Shown one piece after another: positions 37,066-51,730 of a stretch of DNA of 64,000 bases (its first letter is position 1; every line of letters begins with the position of its first letter). The notes under the pieces were generated by a model that was given only the letters and a program-made list of their open reading frames with translations, was not told where the DNA came from and did not search any database. The stretch covers positions 95,976,001 to 96,040,000 of the forward strand of contig NC_092347.1 of NCBI RefSeq assembly GCF_963676685.1, written 5' to 3'. Both the position numbers and the translations under genes were made by a program. The stretch is from Mytilus edulis (Eukaryota).

Positions 37066-38643
37066 GTAAGTATATAAATGTATTGTTTCTTGAAAGGTCT
37101 TTTGCACAGATCTATCATTGTCTATGGCAAGGTGTACCATTAAAAGACAATACCCATGCATGGTCATTGGTAATTTCAAATTGAATATATCTTGTATATG
37201 TTTATATTTTTCTTTCAGTTTCAAATATAGAGCTTGAGTACTACATTTTTGTACATGTAGATAATTAACATATTTGGATGTCCCAGAGAAAATGCAAAAA
37301 TTTATATTTTTTATATAAATTAAACGAGTCACATTTTTCAATGGGTTTATTTTTAACTAATCATCCTAAGCAAGATAAAAATTGTAACATACTTTGCACA
37401 TTTACAATACATAAGAATTATGATCAATGACAAGAAAAATACAACACAGCAAAAAAACCTTGCTAAAAGATATGAAAAAAAAAGTGATTCAAATAGATAT
37501 AAAACCTAAAGCACTATAAATTGTACAAAAACATACATACATTTTGTACAAAATGATTTAATTTTATTTCAATCTCTAATTCAAAAGAGGATACATGTAC
37601 ATGAATGATGATGATGTAGTCATTCAATACAGAAATGTAGTATACATGTTTTTACTATGGCAAGGAAGCACAAATTTGTAAATACAAAGTTTACATTTAC
37701 AAAAGCAAGCTAATACCATACATTTGTACATGCATGACATGTACATGTATGTATGGCATGTCAAATATGTTAAATTGAAGCATTCTACATGCATATGCCA
37801 TTACCAGTACACAAGATCATGAACATGTATACCATTACAGCAATACCCGATATAAAGTCTTCTGGTTGGTTATTTTCTTACAAATTTTGTATGTACATGT
37901 ACAGTATGTATAATAAGAATCATATATATAAAGTATTGAGATACATTTTTGTAACTTGAGATACAGATATAGATTTCATAAATACAATATGGAATGGTTA
38001 ACTGTTAATTCCATATGACATTTATTTACATTTTTATGTAAATTTATGTAATTATATGTAAACCTTTGTTTTCCTATTGTATCATCTAAAAGTAAATTTC
38101 CTCACTTTGAATTAATCAATGTATACATATATTTAAATTTGGTTTCAAATGAAAATAACACTATACTCTAATATACATGTATATATATGTACCATACATG
38201 TACAATGTACCTGATGTAGTACAAATTAATACATAAATGTACCAATAAGACCAAAATACAAAAAAAATGTGTTTTAACTTTTAGTTTCTTGAGTGCAAAT
38301 TCATCTATGCGATTCCATGATCATGACCACCAACCATCAAATCTCATTCAATTCAACTTTTACAATTATTTTCTATGGCCCTGGACAGTAAAATTTTTAA
38401 ATATTTAAAATGATCATCACAAACCTTATGTTTTAAATCTGAAAATTTTAATGCCTCCCGAACATTGGAGAAATAGAATATCACACTAATGCAATATCAA
38501 AATATAACATCATGATAACTGCATCCAAGTTAATATTAATTGTGCCACCCTTTTAGTTGTACAAAAAATGTACATGTACTGTACTGTATCATGGTATTTT
38601 GTTTATATCTGGTCTTTACCAAGTGATATTTGTATAATTTCAG

Positions 38644-38715
38644 GGATTTAAGTAGGAATACTATAACAATATTACACAGAGGAGAATTTAATAAATTGTC
38701 TGGACTCAAAAGACT
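38644..38715 (+). CDS. ADGRA3: ADGRA-like exon 2 (LRR)
   Basis: 72 bp, TTTCAG|...|GTAAGT, phase 2-2; DLSRNTITILHRGEFNKLSGLKRL. Confidence 0.88.
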
Positions 38716-39940
38716 GTAAGTATACATAACTTTAAGTACAAAAATATATAGATTTGTACAATGGTTTCTACAGAAGCTTAAGGTAGTTATTATGAGAATA
38801 AACAGATGTACAATGTACGTCGCCCAAAAAAGTTAGAATGAAGCTATTGTAGACGATTCTACATGTATCTACTGGAAACAAGCTTATATAATGCCCTTTG
38901 TCATTACCAATAACCCTAGCTATTTCACTGTGATTCATATTCAACACCAGGAAGATTATATATGACAAGACTTGGGACTTTCTAAAATGGTATAGTTTGA
39001 TAGTTTGAATTGCTTAAACATGAAATACATGGTGACATGAGGCAAGTTTTTAACTTGACCTTGTGACCTAAGGGGAATACATTTGTACCCTTCTGGAGAC
39101 CCAATATTATTCAGTATGTGTGTACAAAAATGTATGAAGGTAAAATGTACAGTGCACATGTATAATGGCACATTTGCATGTTAAATAAAGGTTTGTTTTT
39201 GTCACCTTTTGCATGTACTAATTAATTGGAGAACTATACATTTGATATTCATACATTTAATTTATCTTTGTGCTGAAAATTGATTGAATGACTAACTAGC
39301 TACTCCAAAAGTTTATGTACATGTTACATGTACATTTGTAGGACAGAGGAAATACCTTTTCTGAGCCCCACATAAATGTTTCAATTACATGTAACGAACA
39401 ATGCAATCTACAAAAAATGTACATAAAGAAGTTTTGATTTTAAAACAATTATGAAGACATTTAAAGATGAAAGTAACCAATTAGAGGTGTACTCGACTTC
39501 TTTCACAGCTCTATACAGTAATCTTCACACATGCCTTCGTTTCAGTGTTCATGGTGTTTGTTATTCTGTGTTGTGTATATGAGATAATTTATAATTAAGA
39601 AAACAAGCATTGATGTTCTAGATAGATCATTATTATATGTTACTACTGAGGAAATATTTGCATCCTTCAGTAGACATCAGGATGAAGCTCTAAAACATCT
39701 GTCTATAACTTGTATTGTAGATGATTAACTGTAGGCATTCACCCCCAGGGAACGTAACAATGTCTTCTGGGGGAATGTTTTTCCTCAGTGTTTTTTTCAT
39801 TCATCCAGATCAGATTTTCTGCTCTAGTTGAGAAACCTGTTTAAAGTTTCATCTGTTGGCAAAGGGGGTTCTACAACTTTTACCAGTTTGGTGTATATAT
39901 ACAATATGATATACATGTGTGGATATTTGAATGCGATATA

Positions 39941-40109
39941 CAGTGAAACCTGCATAATCTGACACCTGAGTATTCCAACATGCTACTTTAACTGACACAT
40001 TTTTCTGGTCCCAAAATATGCCTTGCCTTGCAGCAAAAACCTGAGTATTCCGACATCCTGCTTAATCCGAGATTTTTTTGTCATGTGTCGAATTACACAG
40101 GTTACACTT
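39941..40109. mobile_element. Degenerate Tc1/mariner-pogo-type MITE
   Basis: TA|CAGTGAAACCTG..GACAC with inverted GTGTCG..CAGGTTACACT. Confidence 0.55.
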
Positions 40110-41510
40110 ATATAAAATTGAGAATGGAAAGGTTTCATTTATATAAAATTGAGAATGGAAACGGGGGAATACAATGTATGTCAAATAGACAACAACAGCC
40201 TAACCAAAGAGCAGAAAACAGCCCAAGGCCACTAATATAATGGGTCTTCAACAGAGGGAGAAAATTCCACACCTGGTGGTGGGCTTCAACTGGCCCCTGA
40301 ACAAAATTTTGTACTAGTCAGTATGAATTGTTATCACTTAATCTGTTTTGTTAGTTTTAAATAAGACTATACGTTGTATATATATCTTATAGTACATATC
40401 ATACAAATTCTTGTTTTTGATCAGAACTCTTGATAGATGTGAGACACAATTCCAATCTACATGTTTAGGTGTGTTCCTATAAATGTAGGTAGTTAGTTTG
40501 TCTGATGCAATTGTTATTTAAAAATGATTTTCATCTAGTATCTCGTGCCATTCTTTCCTTGAGTCATATGAATCATTGTGGCTACCGTAAACAGATTGCA
40601 GATCATATTTGTTAATCTGTAATCTGTATATATATAGTAGACATTAAAATGTTTTTCAACTAAATGTTTGAATTTGACAAAAATTATCATATTTTGGTTT
40701 TGCACTGTAAATTTTGTTGCAGTAGCTTAAGCTTTAAACAAATCAGTTTGCACTAAGAATATATAATATACATGTACATGTATAAGCAATTTGTATGTAA
40801 TCTTTTTCAAAAGAAAATCATATGGCTTGAACATGGACCAACTGAGGGACATGAATTAATAGTGAGAAATGTCTTCAGCAATTTGTTTTTCAATGCAATG
40901 GTGTAAAAACCATTTTATTCATGTTATTCGTAAAGTAAAACAGCTCATCATGCAAAATAAATATATCCATATGTTATACATCTACAAAGTTGATATAATG
41001 TATGTTACATGTTTTATATATAGACATATTTATTTAGCTCTAAAGGAATAGTTATAATTTGAAATTAAACATGCACACAATGAATGCAAATGAGGCTCTA
41101 ATTGTCAATCTTAACATTAATGATAATACATCATAAATAAACAGACTATAAAGATAAACCATAATAACATTAAAGGTACCATGTGTGTAAATATCTAGTG
41201 CATATTAAAAATGCATTTCTAATGATTATCTGAACTACTGTTGCATAATACATGTACATGTATATTCATTCTGTTATTATATAGTTCTAGTATAGAAGTT
41301 ACCAACCCGTCTAATCATAGAAGTGTTTTATTAGACACAGATCATTTTATCTTCTTTTTTTTTTTTTTTATAAAAGGAGGTCAGAAAATCATTCCCCACC
41401 CCTGCAAAATCAGATGTTCCTTGCCTTACAGTTCCATGCAACCTTTGGCAGATCCTGATCTGATTGCAATTTGTTTAATCAATGATAATGGTCAGATGAT
41501 TGTAATAGAC

Positions 41511-42370
41511 AAATTCAAATTCAAAATTCAAATTCAAATATATTTTATTGCTAATCAAACCACCCACAAGGAGCAGAACAATCAACATTAATTACATACA
41601 AAGTGATTCAATATGATTAAGACACAATGATATAAAAAAAAATTAAAAAAATATATTTATTAAGACAAGTAGAAGAATACAACAAGCACAGTGTTTAATA
41701 ATATAACTAGGTTAAAAAAAGGGGGGAGGGGGGGGGGGGGGGGAGGGTCACAGGGCATTACTAAATCTATATATCATTTAAGGAAACTTTCCTATATGAG
41801 GATAAATTTTCCAATAATTCTCCGAGTTTCTGGAGTATGAAAATATCTTCAGAGGACATTAGCCAAATAAATTGTGATTTAATATCTAAACCACTAAAAT
41901 GTCTAGGAGACTGGAGTTAACGTTTAACTCTTTGTTACCAGAGCGCTTCCACTACATATTGTGTGTTTTTATTAGTGTAGAAACAAAAGACAAAGTTAAT
42001 CTTTTTAAAATTGGAATATGAATAATTGATTTATACTATGGTCTGTATGAGTTAACATTGTATATTTGTTTTAATCTCCTTAGATTTCCTGTATGGAATG
42101 CCATTGGATCTCCGTCTTTACTTGTGTTCCTTACAAGTTAAAAAAGGATCTTTACCTAAATCCAGGGCTTTGTTTTTCTAGCTGACACATCAGATAGTAA
42201 TGATTTTACGGTTAAAACTGGAGACATGTATCTGCATTGGGACTCTCGCTATATCTTGATAATGTTAGACCTTTACAACTCAAGGATTATGTACATGGAC
42301 AGATTTCCCATGATAAAAACAAAGTTTCTTATAAACATAGTTCTCTGTGTATTTCTTGTTTAGAGGTTGA
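41511..42370 (-). mobile_element. LINE 3' remnant with (TTTGAA)n tail
   Basis: Minus strand ends AATAAAATATA(TTTGAA)n; upstream sequence resembles a decayed ORF2 C-terminus (QFIWLMSSED). The 5' boundary is uncertain. Confidence 0.55.
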
Positions 42371-45300
42371 TCTGGTGTTTTAGATAAAAAAAAACCTTTA
42401 AATTAAGAATGAATGGTACATTTTGTACATGTGCATATAAATTGTTGTGAATGTGTACATAGAAAAAAGTTGCATTTTTTTTTAATGCTGAATATATTGT
42501 AGATTGCACATAAATTATTTACAATTAATGTTGATAAGACAATAAATCATCCAACCAGATTTTTCTATCATTTATTATTTGTTTTTGGCATGGATAGACT
42601 TGAAGAAATCATAAAAAAAACCTTCTTCTGAACATGCATGACATATTCACCCCTGTATGTATAAAAGCAATTATTAGTGTCAATACAATATTATAGGAGT
42701 AGCCTTTTCTCAATTCTAGCAATATTTTTCCTCTGTGATTTCATACTGGTCTGCCCTGCACAATAAGCATATAAGAATATGTATACCAAAGTAAGGTTAT
42801 ATCTTCCAAAATTTGTATTTTGTTCTTTGTTCTTGTGGCAGTTTTGTTTGTTTTGTTTGGATTTGTTATTTGTTTTTTCCGAAAAGTCATTTCAATTTGA
42901 GGTAAAAACAATAGAAAGGAAGTTAAAGGGTTTTCAAAAGATATCCCAAAACATGTTGGATGGGGTGGAGGACTTTAATACATACTATCTAATTAGTTAC
43001 AGTGGGAATTATGTTCAAAATATGAATTTATTAAAGAGTTTCAGCAGATGATTGTAAAATCAAACGCACACATATATATCATGTGCAATGATAATACATA
43101 CAGTTTCAAACATTCTTTGTGTAATAATTTCAAACAGTGATTGATTTCTCACAGAAATAATGAATAATTAGTACAAGATATAGATCTATAAAATATTGTT
43201 TACTATATAATTAGTACACGATTATTATCTCTAAACTCTTATTTACTATCTCTATGATACACCTGTAGATCCCTTGTTTCACCAATATTAAACAGATGAA
43301 TCTTCCATTCATAACAAATTTTTAGGTGTTTCCATAGAAACAATCTTCTGCTTTTTCCACATTGTACAATATAAGTCATATTTAAGCAGCCTTTGCTACA
43401 TACTTAATGCTTATTAAATGACTGCTATAGCAGATTTACATATCTTGGTCGAAATCTGTTTGATGTTTTAAGAGTTCTTGGTTCAAAGTAATCTACATTA
43501 CTGTCAATGAGAAAAGCAGTTAATTTTTGTCATAAAATCTGTGTATATTTACATCAGGAGGTATTTCTGTTTTATACTGGTACCAGGTGTGCATTATTGT
43601 TGTTTTGGGGGAAAACAAAAAGATCTGGTGAAAAGATCATTTGTATTTAAACAAGTAGATTGATGACCAGGATAGGCACAACTTTTAAAGACTCCAGACA
43701 GTTACTTGAGATATTTTGAAGACCGCTGTTTTTAGTTGTATGTTGGTGTGTAGATTTCTTGTTATTTGGTTGCTGTCTCGTTGATTTATAACCACATCTT
43801 GCTTTATTTGCAAGTTTTTCTTCCAAAGCATTTTATCTAAGGCTTTCAAAAGTTTGGGAATATGTTGTCTACATGTATCTAATGGTTTAAGATACATTGT
43901 ACTGGGGATCTAATTTCATGTGACCGCCGCCATACTTTGTTTCAAGTTTTCACTCGTTTAAATAATTTGACCTTCAGCCAATTCCATAAACATATATATG
44001 TACCATTTTTTTAAGTTTTTATTTTTTGCTCTTGTCTATTTTCTTATATTGACTGCCACATATGTCCTGTGGTATTTAAGATGTCTGTCCTTAAGTAAAG
44101 TATACATTTATTTTTAGATTTGCGCCCTCATAAAAGGGTACTTGTAGTTCTGACAGCTGCTGTAAAACTGAAGTTTTCAATACACAATTTCTTATATATA
44201 TGCCTTAATATTTTTGCATTGTAAACTATAATTGAATATGTCCACATCATTCTGATTTGAAATGTATGCCCCCATTCACCTCTTGTTTAGAATCAATTAA
44301 CAGAAATAGGAAGGACAAATTAGAGAATTTAGTTGTAGAATTTTATTTTTCTGTGGTTTTGGTAATAGTGATATTAATTCTTTATTATTTGTAGTTCATG
44401 ACATCATGAATAGATTCAGTGGTGCGTGAAATCAAACTATTTTCATACCTTCATGATCATCATGATAACTTAAAAAAAATGACAAAAAAGTAGTTTATAT
44501 TACAATGTTTAATGAGTGTCAGAATTTGAGATTTAAAGATAAACTTTATGTAATTATGTATTTAAAATATGAATGATCTCATGGATTTTGTCAAAACTTT
44601 GGTTGTCTAAATACCTGCATAGATTTTACAAATCTTCTACCCCATTTGTTAAACAAGAGGCTCAAGATGCCAATTGCAATGATATGCCAATCTGACATTC
44701 AAAACTCATAATTCAAAAAGAAAATGATAATGTGATAGGCAAACAATGCAGTAGAGTTTTAACTTCTTGTATAATTTGGATGAAGATTGAAGCAGGACTT
44801 AACTAAAAAAGAAATTGACAGAGGCTTTAGAAAAGACAAAGAGCTGCACTGCCATAAGACAAAGACACGTTCTGGTGAGAATGTTCAATGTCCAGTATCT
44901 TCCATCAAACATTATAGCAATAACTTATTATGTGACATAAAGACAGTACCTACATTTGTATTTGACTTCCTGTCAACCTTAAGACATACTTTTAAATTCA
45001 TATGGTAGCAATTCAGAGGAATTAATTTTCCTTACTTTTTCTTAGGGTAAAACTATATAGCTAAGTCTTTGCTTCTATTTTTTAATCTAAATTTTTTTAT
45101 GGGGACAAGCCATGATAAGACACATTTTAGACTTAAAGCAAAGGTGGTACCACAAAACCAACAAGGCAGCTCCTGGATTTCAGAGCCATATGACTTCCCT
45201 GTCTGTAGTGGACCAGGATATAACTACCCTTCCTGATCACTAGTAGATGATTATATTTCTGCTGATTTGTGTATGGAAGTTTACCTATATAAGACTTACA

Positions 45301-46039
45301 AGTTGTAGCAAAATTAATGTCTTGCCTTTGAATGTGAACATTCAGTACCAAGTGTATGATTAATTGTCAAAACAGTCTATATTTCTCTGTGTCATCTCAA
45401 TCTTGTATTGTCTGATATATATAGCAAAGAAATAAGTTCTTTTGGTTCTTCATAACTGTTTTCCTCTACAAAACTTATAAATATAAGGATTTTTGGGATA
45501 CATGTACAAATTATCTGCATAATACATGGTCCTTGAGAATCTGTCTTGGTACAGATCTCATAGACAGTGATAGACATTACATTGTTAGATGTAATATGAT
45601 TCAGACAATTCTTCATACAATAGTACATGTATGTGTGAGGCTTGAAATAAAACTTGGCTACATTTAGTCATTACCGTACTTTGACCTATAATGGTTTACT
45701 TTTTTAAATTGTTATTTGGATGGAGAGTTGTCTCATTGGCACTCACACCACATCTGCCTTTATCTATTACACAATGTTATTAAGATAAACTATACAAATA
45801 ACGTCTCCCATTCAACTATGACATTATAATGTCAAAAAGTAATCAAACAATCAACAAAATGGAACACAACGAAAGACCGAGATCGTAAATTTTATTAAGA
45901 AGAATATAAAGTAAAAAAAAATCCAAAAAAAATCAGTGGTTTGATTCCCACCTCTTGTGTTGATCCTCTGTACCTGAAAATAAAAATAATTGCAGTTACA
46001 GCTACAGAAATCTTAATAAGGAAATGAATGCTGTGAATA

Positions 46040-46239
46040 AAAAGTCGTAAATTTGCATCGGATTTGTGTCCGACATTGTGCCCACGGTCGTCCACGGGAA
46101 CGCGTGGACCGCTGACATGTCCACGGCCGCCCACGCGGCGGAGTGGGCGACCCGCCCACGGTGGGCAGAGGGCGTGGGCACACGCGTGGACGTCCACGGT
46201 GGGCACGTGGAAAAAGCAAAATCCACGTGGCCTGTTGTG
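46040..46239 (-). mobile_element. GC-rich CCACG/CGTGG motif cluster, probable orphan end of a CAC-terminated DNA transposon
   Basis: About a dozen CCACG/CGTGG motifs in both orientations; minus strand begins CACAACAGGCCACGTGG; sharp boundary with AT-rich intron. Confidence 0.5.
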
Positions 46240-47938
46240 TAAGCTGTCAAATATCTAAAATAGAAATATGGTATTTGGATTGAGATACATTTACCCTTAT
46301 TGTTAGACTACACATACTATATATATTGTTCTGCATATAATGCCATATATATACAGGTCTGTTGAAGTAACCATTCAATGGGAAAATCTGGTACATGTAT
46401 GATCAAATTAAAAATATAAGATCCTTTTATAAAATGATTTACATATATCAAAATTGATATGAAGCGGACAAAGTAACTACATGTATTTCTTCATTCCTTT
46501 GAAATATGATATTAAATAGAAATCTTCAAAAAACCATACTGTTTATGTCTCTTGTAATATAAGGGTCATTAACGGTAATATATATTATTCTGCATTTGAT
46601 GCATACAAAGCACTACTCTTATATCTTGAATTAATTTATTAAAATTTCCTTTTATTTCAATTTTTTTTTTCTCTTTAAAGTAAGAATACAACTTCTTTTT
46701 AACCCTATTCTTTCCTGACATGTTTTAGATCTGGGGCATTTGTGTTCCTTACCATTACTTATTTTGATCAAATATATGTAGGTTTCTTGACTGCTTAAAT
46801 CATTTATTCTGCCACTAATTAAAAAAGGCTTGAAATATTTGGGTTCTATTCAAACATCTTTTTGTTTGTTTTCACAAGTAGAATGAAATCCTAGGTGTTT
46901 ATGCAAAGAGGATTGCATTTCAGTGTAAAGTTAAAAGATCTTTAGCAGATAAAATTATGAAAATAGTTTATGTGTGTGGTATAGCCAGTAAATACAATCT
47001 GATTGTGTTTTATATGGGAGAGATAGGATCTGTGTTTCCTGAAGCAGTGGACTAATTAGCATGCGATCTATCTTATAAATATTTATCAATAGTTTGAATT
47101 GAGGTGTATACTCTGATGAAAAATAGAATGCTGTGAGAATATTTATTTAGTTTGGGGAGGGACAAGTACATATATATATATGATATATGGTGCACTAAAC
47201 CACATCCCTTAAGCTTTCTACTGTAGTTCTTGGTCTAAAAAGTTTCCAAAGAGGAGTAACTATAAACACATTTATACACTTATATTAGAGCCTACATGAA
47301 TATAAAAATAAAGAAAACAAAATAAATCTAAGATTTGAATTGTCCAGCTTCTAAGCATGAATATAAAATAATTTGTGTGTAAATCCATAATCTTTTAACC
47401 TTCCATTATCCTGCTTGCACTCTACAGTTTCAGGTATCCTATAAAAAAAACTACACTCCCTATGTACACACCAATTAAAGTCTTTATATGCCAAGAGGTG
47501 CTTTTCAGTAAAACTGATCATATCAAATGATACATCTTCATTGAGTCTGTTATATGCCATACCTCCTCCTCACAAACAGGATATCACCCCATTAGTTTGT
47601 CTGTTTTATGGTCTCTAACAAGACAGTTATTTATATGCAGGACAGGTGTAAATATTTACCTCACTCTTTCATCTTTTATTGAATGATAAATGTAAAGACA
47701 ATCATAAATGTGAATAGCTCTTTCAGAACTGTTCAATATATATGTACTGGTGCACATTGTAACTGTTTGACCTGACTTTTTAGGAATTCAAATATAGGAA
47801 TTATGTAATAATAGAATGAGAAGGGCATCCCCATTGTGCAGCTATACATGTATATACATGTTGTATGGGATGTTGAGATATCCATTGCACAGTTGTTAAA
47901 TCCCTAAAGCAAAGTTACTTTGTATACACTTTGGATTC

Positions 47939-48082
47939 CAGTGGCGGATCTAGAGATTTTCATAAGGGTTGCCAACTAACTACCTAAGAGGTTGTAGGCT
48001 TCAGGGATTCCCTAAATTATTATTTTTGTTACCTCAAAAGAGGGGAGGGGGCTGGCTCGTAAACCCTCTAAATCCTTCTCTG
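47939..48082. mobile_element. Older copy of the hAT5-like MITE, inverted relative to 34654
   Basis: CAGTGGCGGATCT ... AAATCCTTCTCTG; flanks GATTC/TATTC. Confidence 0.7.
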
Positions 48083-48639
48083 TATTCAGAATGCGCAATG
48101 GCATGGTATGCACATTGATGTGGGATCCTACACGTAATTACACAAATTTGATTTACACAGCTTTGGCACAGTCAATTAAGGAACAGCTACTTTAATATAA
48201 CTACTTTCTTTCTCCCTCTTTTCAATGTTCTGTTGGTATTCATATTACAGTTTACAATAAAGATCATCCAATTACACTTTCAATAGTTCTCCCAACAGGT
48301 TTATATTGGTTATAGGCCAGATTATGAATGAAAATTGTACAATTCATTTGAAGAAAAAAACTCTTATTGAAGTTATTACAGACTTAAAGTAATAAATTGA
48401 CTATATTTAGTATGACAGGTGTTATTTAAATATGAAATCCACTTTAGATTGTAAAAAGTTGGCATTAAGTAGCTAGATATACATGAATAATAATCCTTCT
48501 ATATCCCTAATAAGTGCTTTTGATTGCACCTGGCCCCATATTAGTCTTGTGGGATATTTTGCTACACCATGGTTCTTACTGAAAACAAATTGCTATCTGC
48601 TTAAATCTGGAAATTATTAAGTAGTAGACAAATATATTA

Positions 48640-48853
48640 CTGTAAATTCAGAAATTATTTCTAGGTTTTTATTATTACGAAAAATGCAACAGAGTTGTAT
48701 TAAAACGCAATAATTTAAACTCGCATTTTAAAATATTTATATGAATTAAACAGGATTTTTCTCAAAATCGTAAAAAAATTGAAATCGCATAAAAGTCTAG
48801 AATGACAAAATAGCTATAATAAATGCATGAAATTTTTGTTTGTGAATTTACAG
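48640..48853. mobile_element. MITE with TA TSD (Tc1/mariner-like)
   Basis: TA|CTGTAAATTCA ... TGAATTTACAG|TA. Confidence 0.75.
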
Positions 48854-50301
48854 TATGTTGATTCCTTATTATTGATGGGGTTCTATAGAGATTTATAATG
48901 GGGAAAGTAGGAAGATGGTGACGGTTGGGTTAACAGCTGAGCTAAATATTATTAAGTTAGTACCTATGGCCATAAACTGGTGGGTTGTGTGAAAAAGGGG
49001 GGATATTGTTAAGTCAATATCTGCTGTAGGCTGATCTTTAAAATCAAGACAATAGATACATTCCGTCAGGCTTGATAAAGGCTGATAGGATGAAGGTTGA
49101 GCATTAGCATAAGATTTATGTGAAGTATGTCACTATCTACATGTAGCTTTTTGAGATCTGAGTATGTCTAATTCTATTATGAAGTGAATAGCCAAGTATT
49201 AGCAGGCTTTGTGAAAGCCAGGTTGAAGGGAAGCCAGTAGACTAATAGAGGCTTTGAGCTGTATTCTGAAATCTGCAGTCAGTTAATGTTTGGCATTATG
49301 ATAGCTATCAGAGTTGAAGGGCCGCTGTCTAGAATAATAGCATGTATCACTGTGGAAAGGCTTAGCTCTATTGTTAACATGGTTAATAAATAACAAGTCA
49401 AGCTATAGGAAGAATTAGATTTATTTGAAGTGTTCTGCAATATGATGGTTCCCACTGATATAACAACAGATGATGAGTCAAAATCACTTACCAAAGGAAT
49501 TTATATAAAATGTAAATTATTGTTAAATCACAAAACATAAGTGTGATTAACCTGATCATAGCCAAACATGATTAAAAAAGTGATTTAAAATATCCATTGT
49601 ACATTCATATAAATCTGCTTGATTCTTTGTAATGAATTCAGGTTATTAGCTTTGGCATAAAAAGTTTTTGTTTTGTGATGCAAATTGAATACATTTATCT
49701 GTTTAATCAATAAATAGGTTTTAGATATTGATTCTCTTGACAAGTTTAATAGGTTGAGGGTCACAAGGGTGCTTAGAATCAATGATTTAACCAAGATGGC
49801 TCAGTCAGATTTCTTTTAACTGAGTGTATTATACTAGAAGATGACCTATCAATTATTAAATTGTTATTCAGCTTGGGAAATAACTTTATTGAAAAATGTT
49901 TTCTAGTTCTTTGGCATTTTAGGCCATAAAGAAATAATCCAACGTGTATGCATTGTGTTTATTTTAGATTATGAATTAAAAAAATATTTCGATGTGAGTT
50001 TGCCCAGAAAAAAAAGTGTACATGTGTACTCAAAATGTGAAATCGCACATACATCATGTACATATATATCATGTACATACAGAGCATTGCTTAACTACAG
50101 AAATAGTAAGATGGAAGTTGTAGATGAGTTAGACCTTGACATATATTGTCTTTTGTTGGGAACTGTATGTGGACTCTGTGAAGTGTTTCAGTTATTTGTG
50201 ATGTTGGGTTGTTGTCTCCAGATGTTTTAAAAGCTTGACATATTGTAGACACCTGTCTTTTGTTGAGAACTGTATGTGGACTCCTTGTAGTGTTTCTGTT
50301 A

Positions 50302-51121
50302 TTGGTGGGTTGTCCTTTCATTGATATGGTACTCCACACACTTTAAACCAAGAATCGTTAATAATTGGCCTAATTACACAAACAACTGAAGCCCTGTTCT
50401 AGGATGTAATGATTAGGGTTGGTGGGTTTTCGTCTCATTGATATGGTACTCCACACACTTTAAACCAAGAATTGTTTATAATTGGCCTAATTATACAAAC
50501 AACTGAAGCCCTGTTCTAGGATGTAATGATTAGGGTTGGTGGGTTTTCGTCTCATTGATATGGTACTCCACACACTTTAAACCAAGAATCGTTAATAATT
50601 GGCCTAATTACACAAACAACTGAAGCCCTGTTCTAGGATGTAATGATTAGGGTTGGTGGGTTTTCGTCTCATTGATATGGTACTCCACACACTTTAAACC
50701 AAGAATTGTTTATAATTGGCCTAATTATACAAACAACTGAAGCCCTGTTCTAGGATGTAATGATTAGGGTTGGTGGGTTTTCGTCTCATTGATATGGTAC
50801 TCCACACACTTTAAACCAAGAATCGTTAATAATTGGCCTAATTATACAAACAACTGAAGCCCTGTTCTAGGATGTAATGATTAGGGTTGGTGGGTTTTCG
50901 TCTCATTGATATGGTACTCCACACACTGTAAACCAAGAATTGTTAATAATTGGCCTAATTATACAAACAACTGAAGCCCTGTTCTAGGATGTAATGATTA
51001 GGGTTGGTGGGTTGTCGTCTCATGGATATGGTACTCTGCACACTTTAAACCAAGAATTGTTAATAATTGGCCTAATTACACAAACAACTGAAGCCCTGTT
51101 CTAGGATGTAATAATTAGGGT
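50302..51121. repeat. 117-bp tandem repeat, 7 copies, intronic
   Basis: Units start at 50302, 50419, 50536 and so on; high identity. Confidence 0.96.
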
Positions 51122-51730
51122 ATTGAACAGGATTATATAATTGTTTGAAATTAAATCAAACAAGATGCACTTGTCAATCTAAGGAAATACGTCTTCAAAT
51201 CAATATCTCAAAAGCATTTGGAATATTTAATGCTCAGAAAGTCTTCAGAATGTGAAATTGAAATGCATTATAAGAGAGTGTGTGGGTATTGGGTGTAAAA
51301 TTTATACCACTGCATCAAAGTTATGTACAATTAACTATAACTCTACAGTTTAATCACCTGCTTCTGTTAAAAATGAAAAAAACTCAAAATATAAACATGA
51401 ATAAAAGAAGAGAATCTTCATGATTTGCCCCCATGTAGGGAAACATTTTGCAGGTTGAATTTTCAGGTTAACTAACTTTTATCTTGTATGCTTAATTAAG
51501 TTTTGGACAACTAGTTTTAAAACATGATATGTTATCCTTCCCATTTTGTATTTAGTCAAATTTAAATCATTTTCTGTAAAATTACACAACATTTGAATAT
51601 ATCCCAACATCAGATCCAAGACAGAAAAAGACTGGATTATCTACAAAATTGATATAATTTATATTTTCAATCAACAGCTATAAAGGGAAGTAATTTAATC
51701 TAAAGGCCCAAAGTCAAATAGTACATATCA

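Noticed and set aside
45895-46258. Overlapping ORFs in the GC-rich patch as a coding exon
   Set aside because: Open frames are explained by high GC and repeated CCACG motifs; no domain similarity and no fit to the LRR exon phase pattern.
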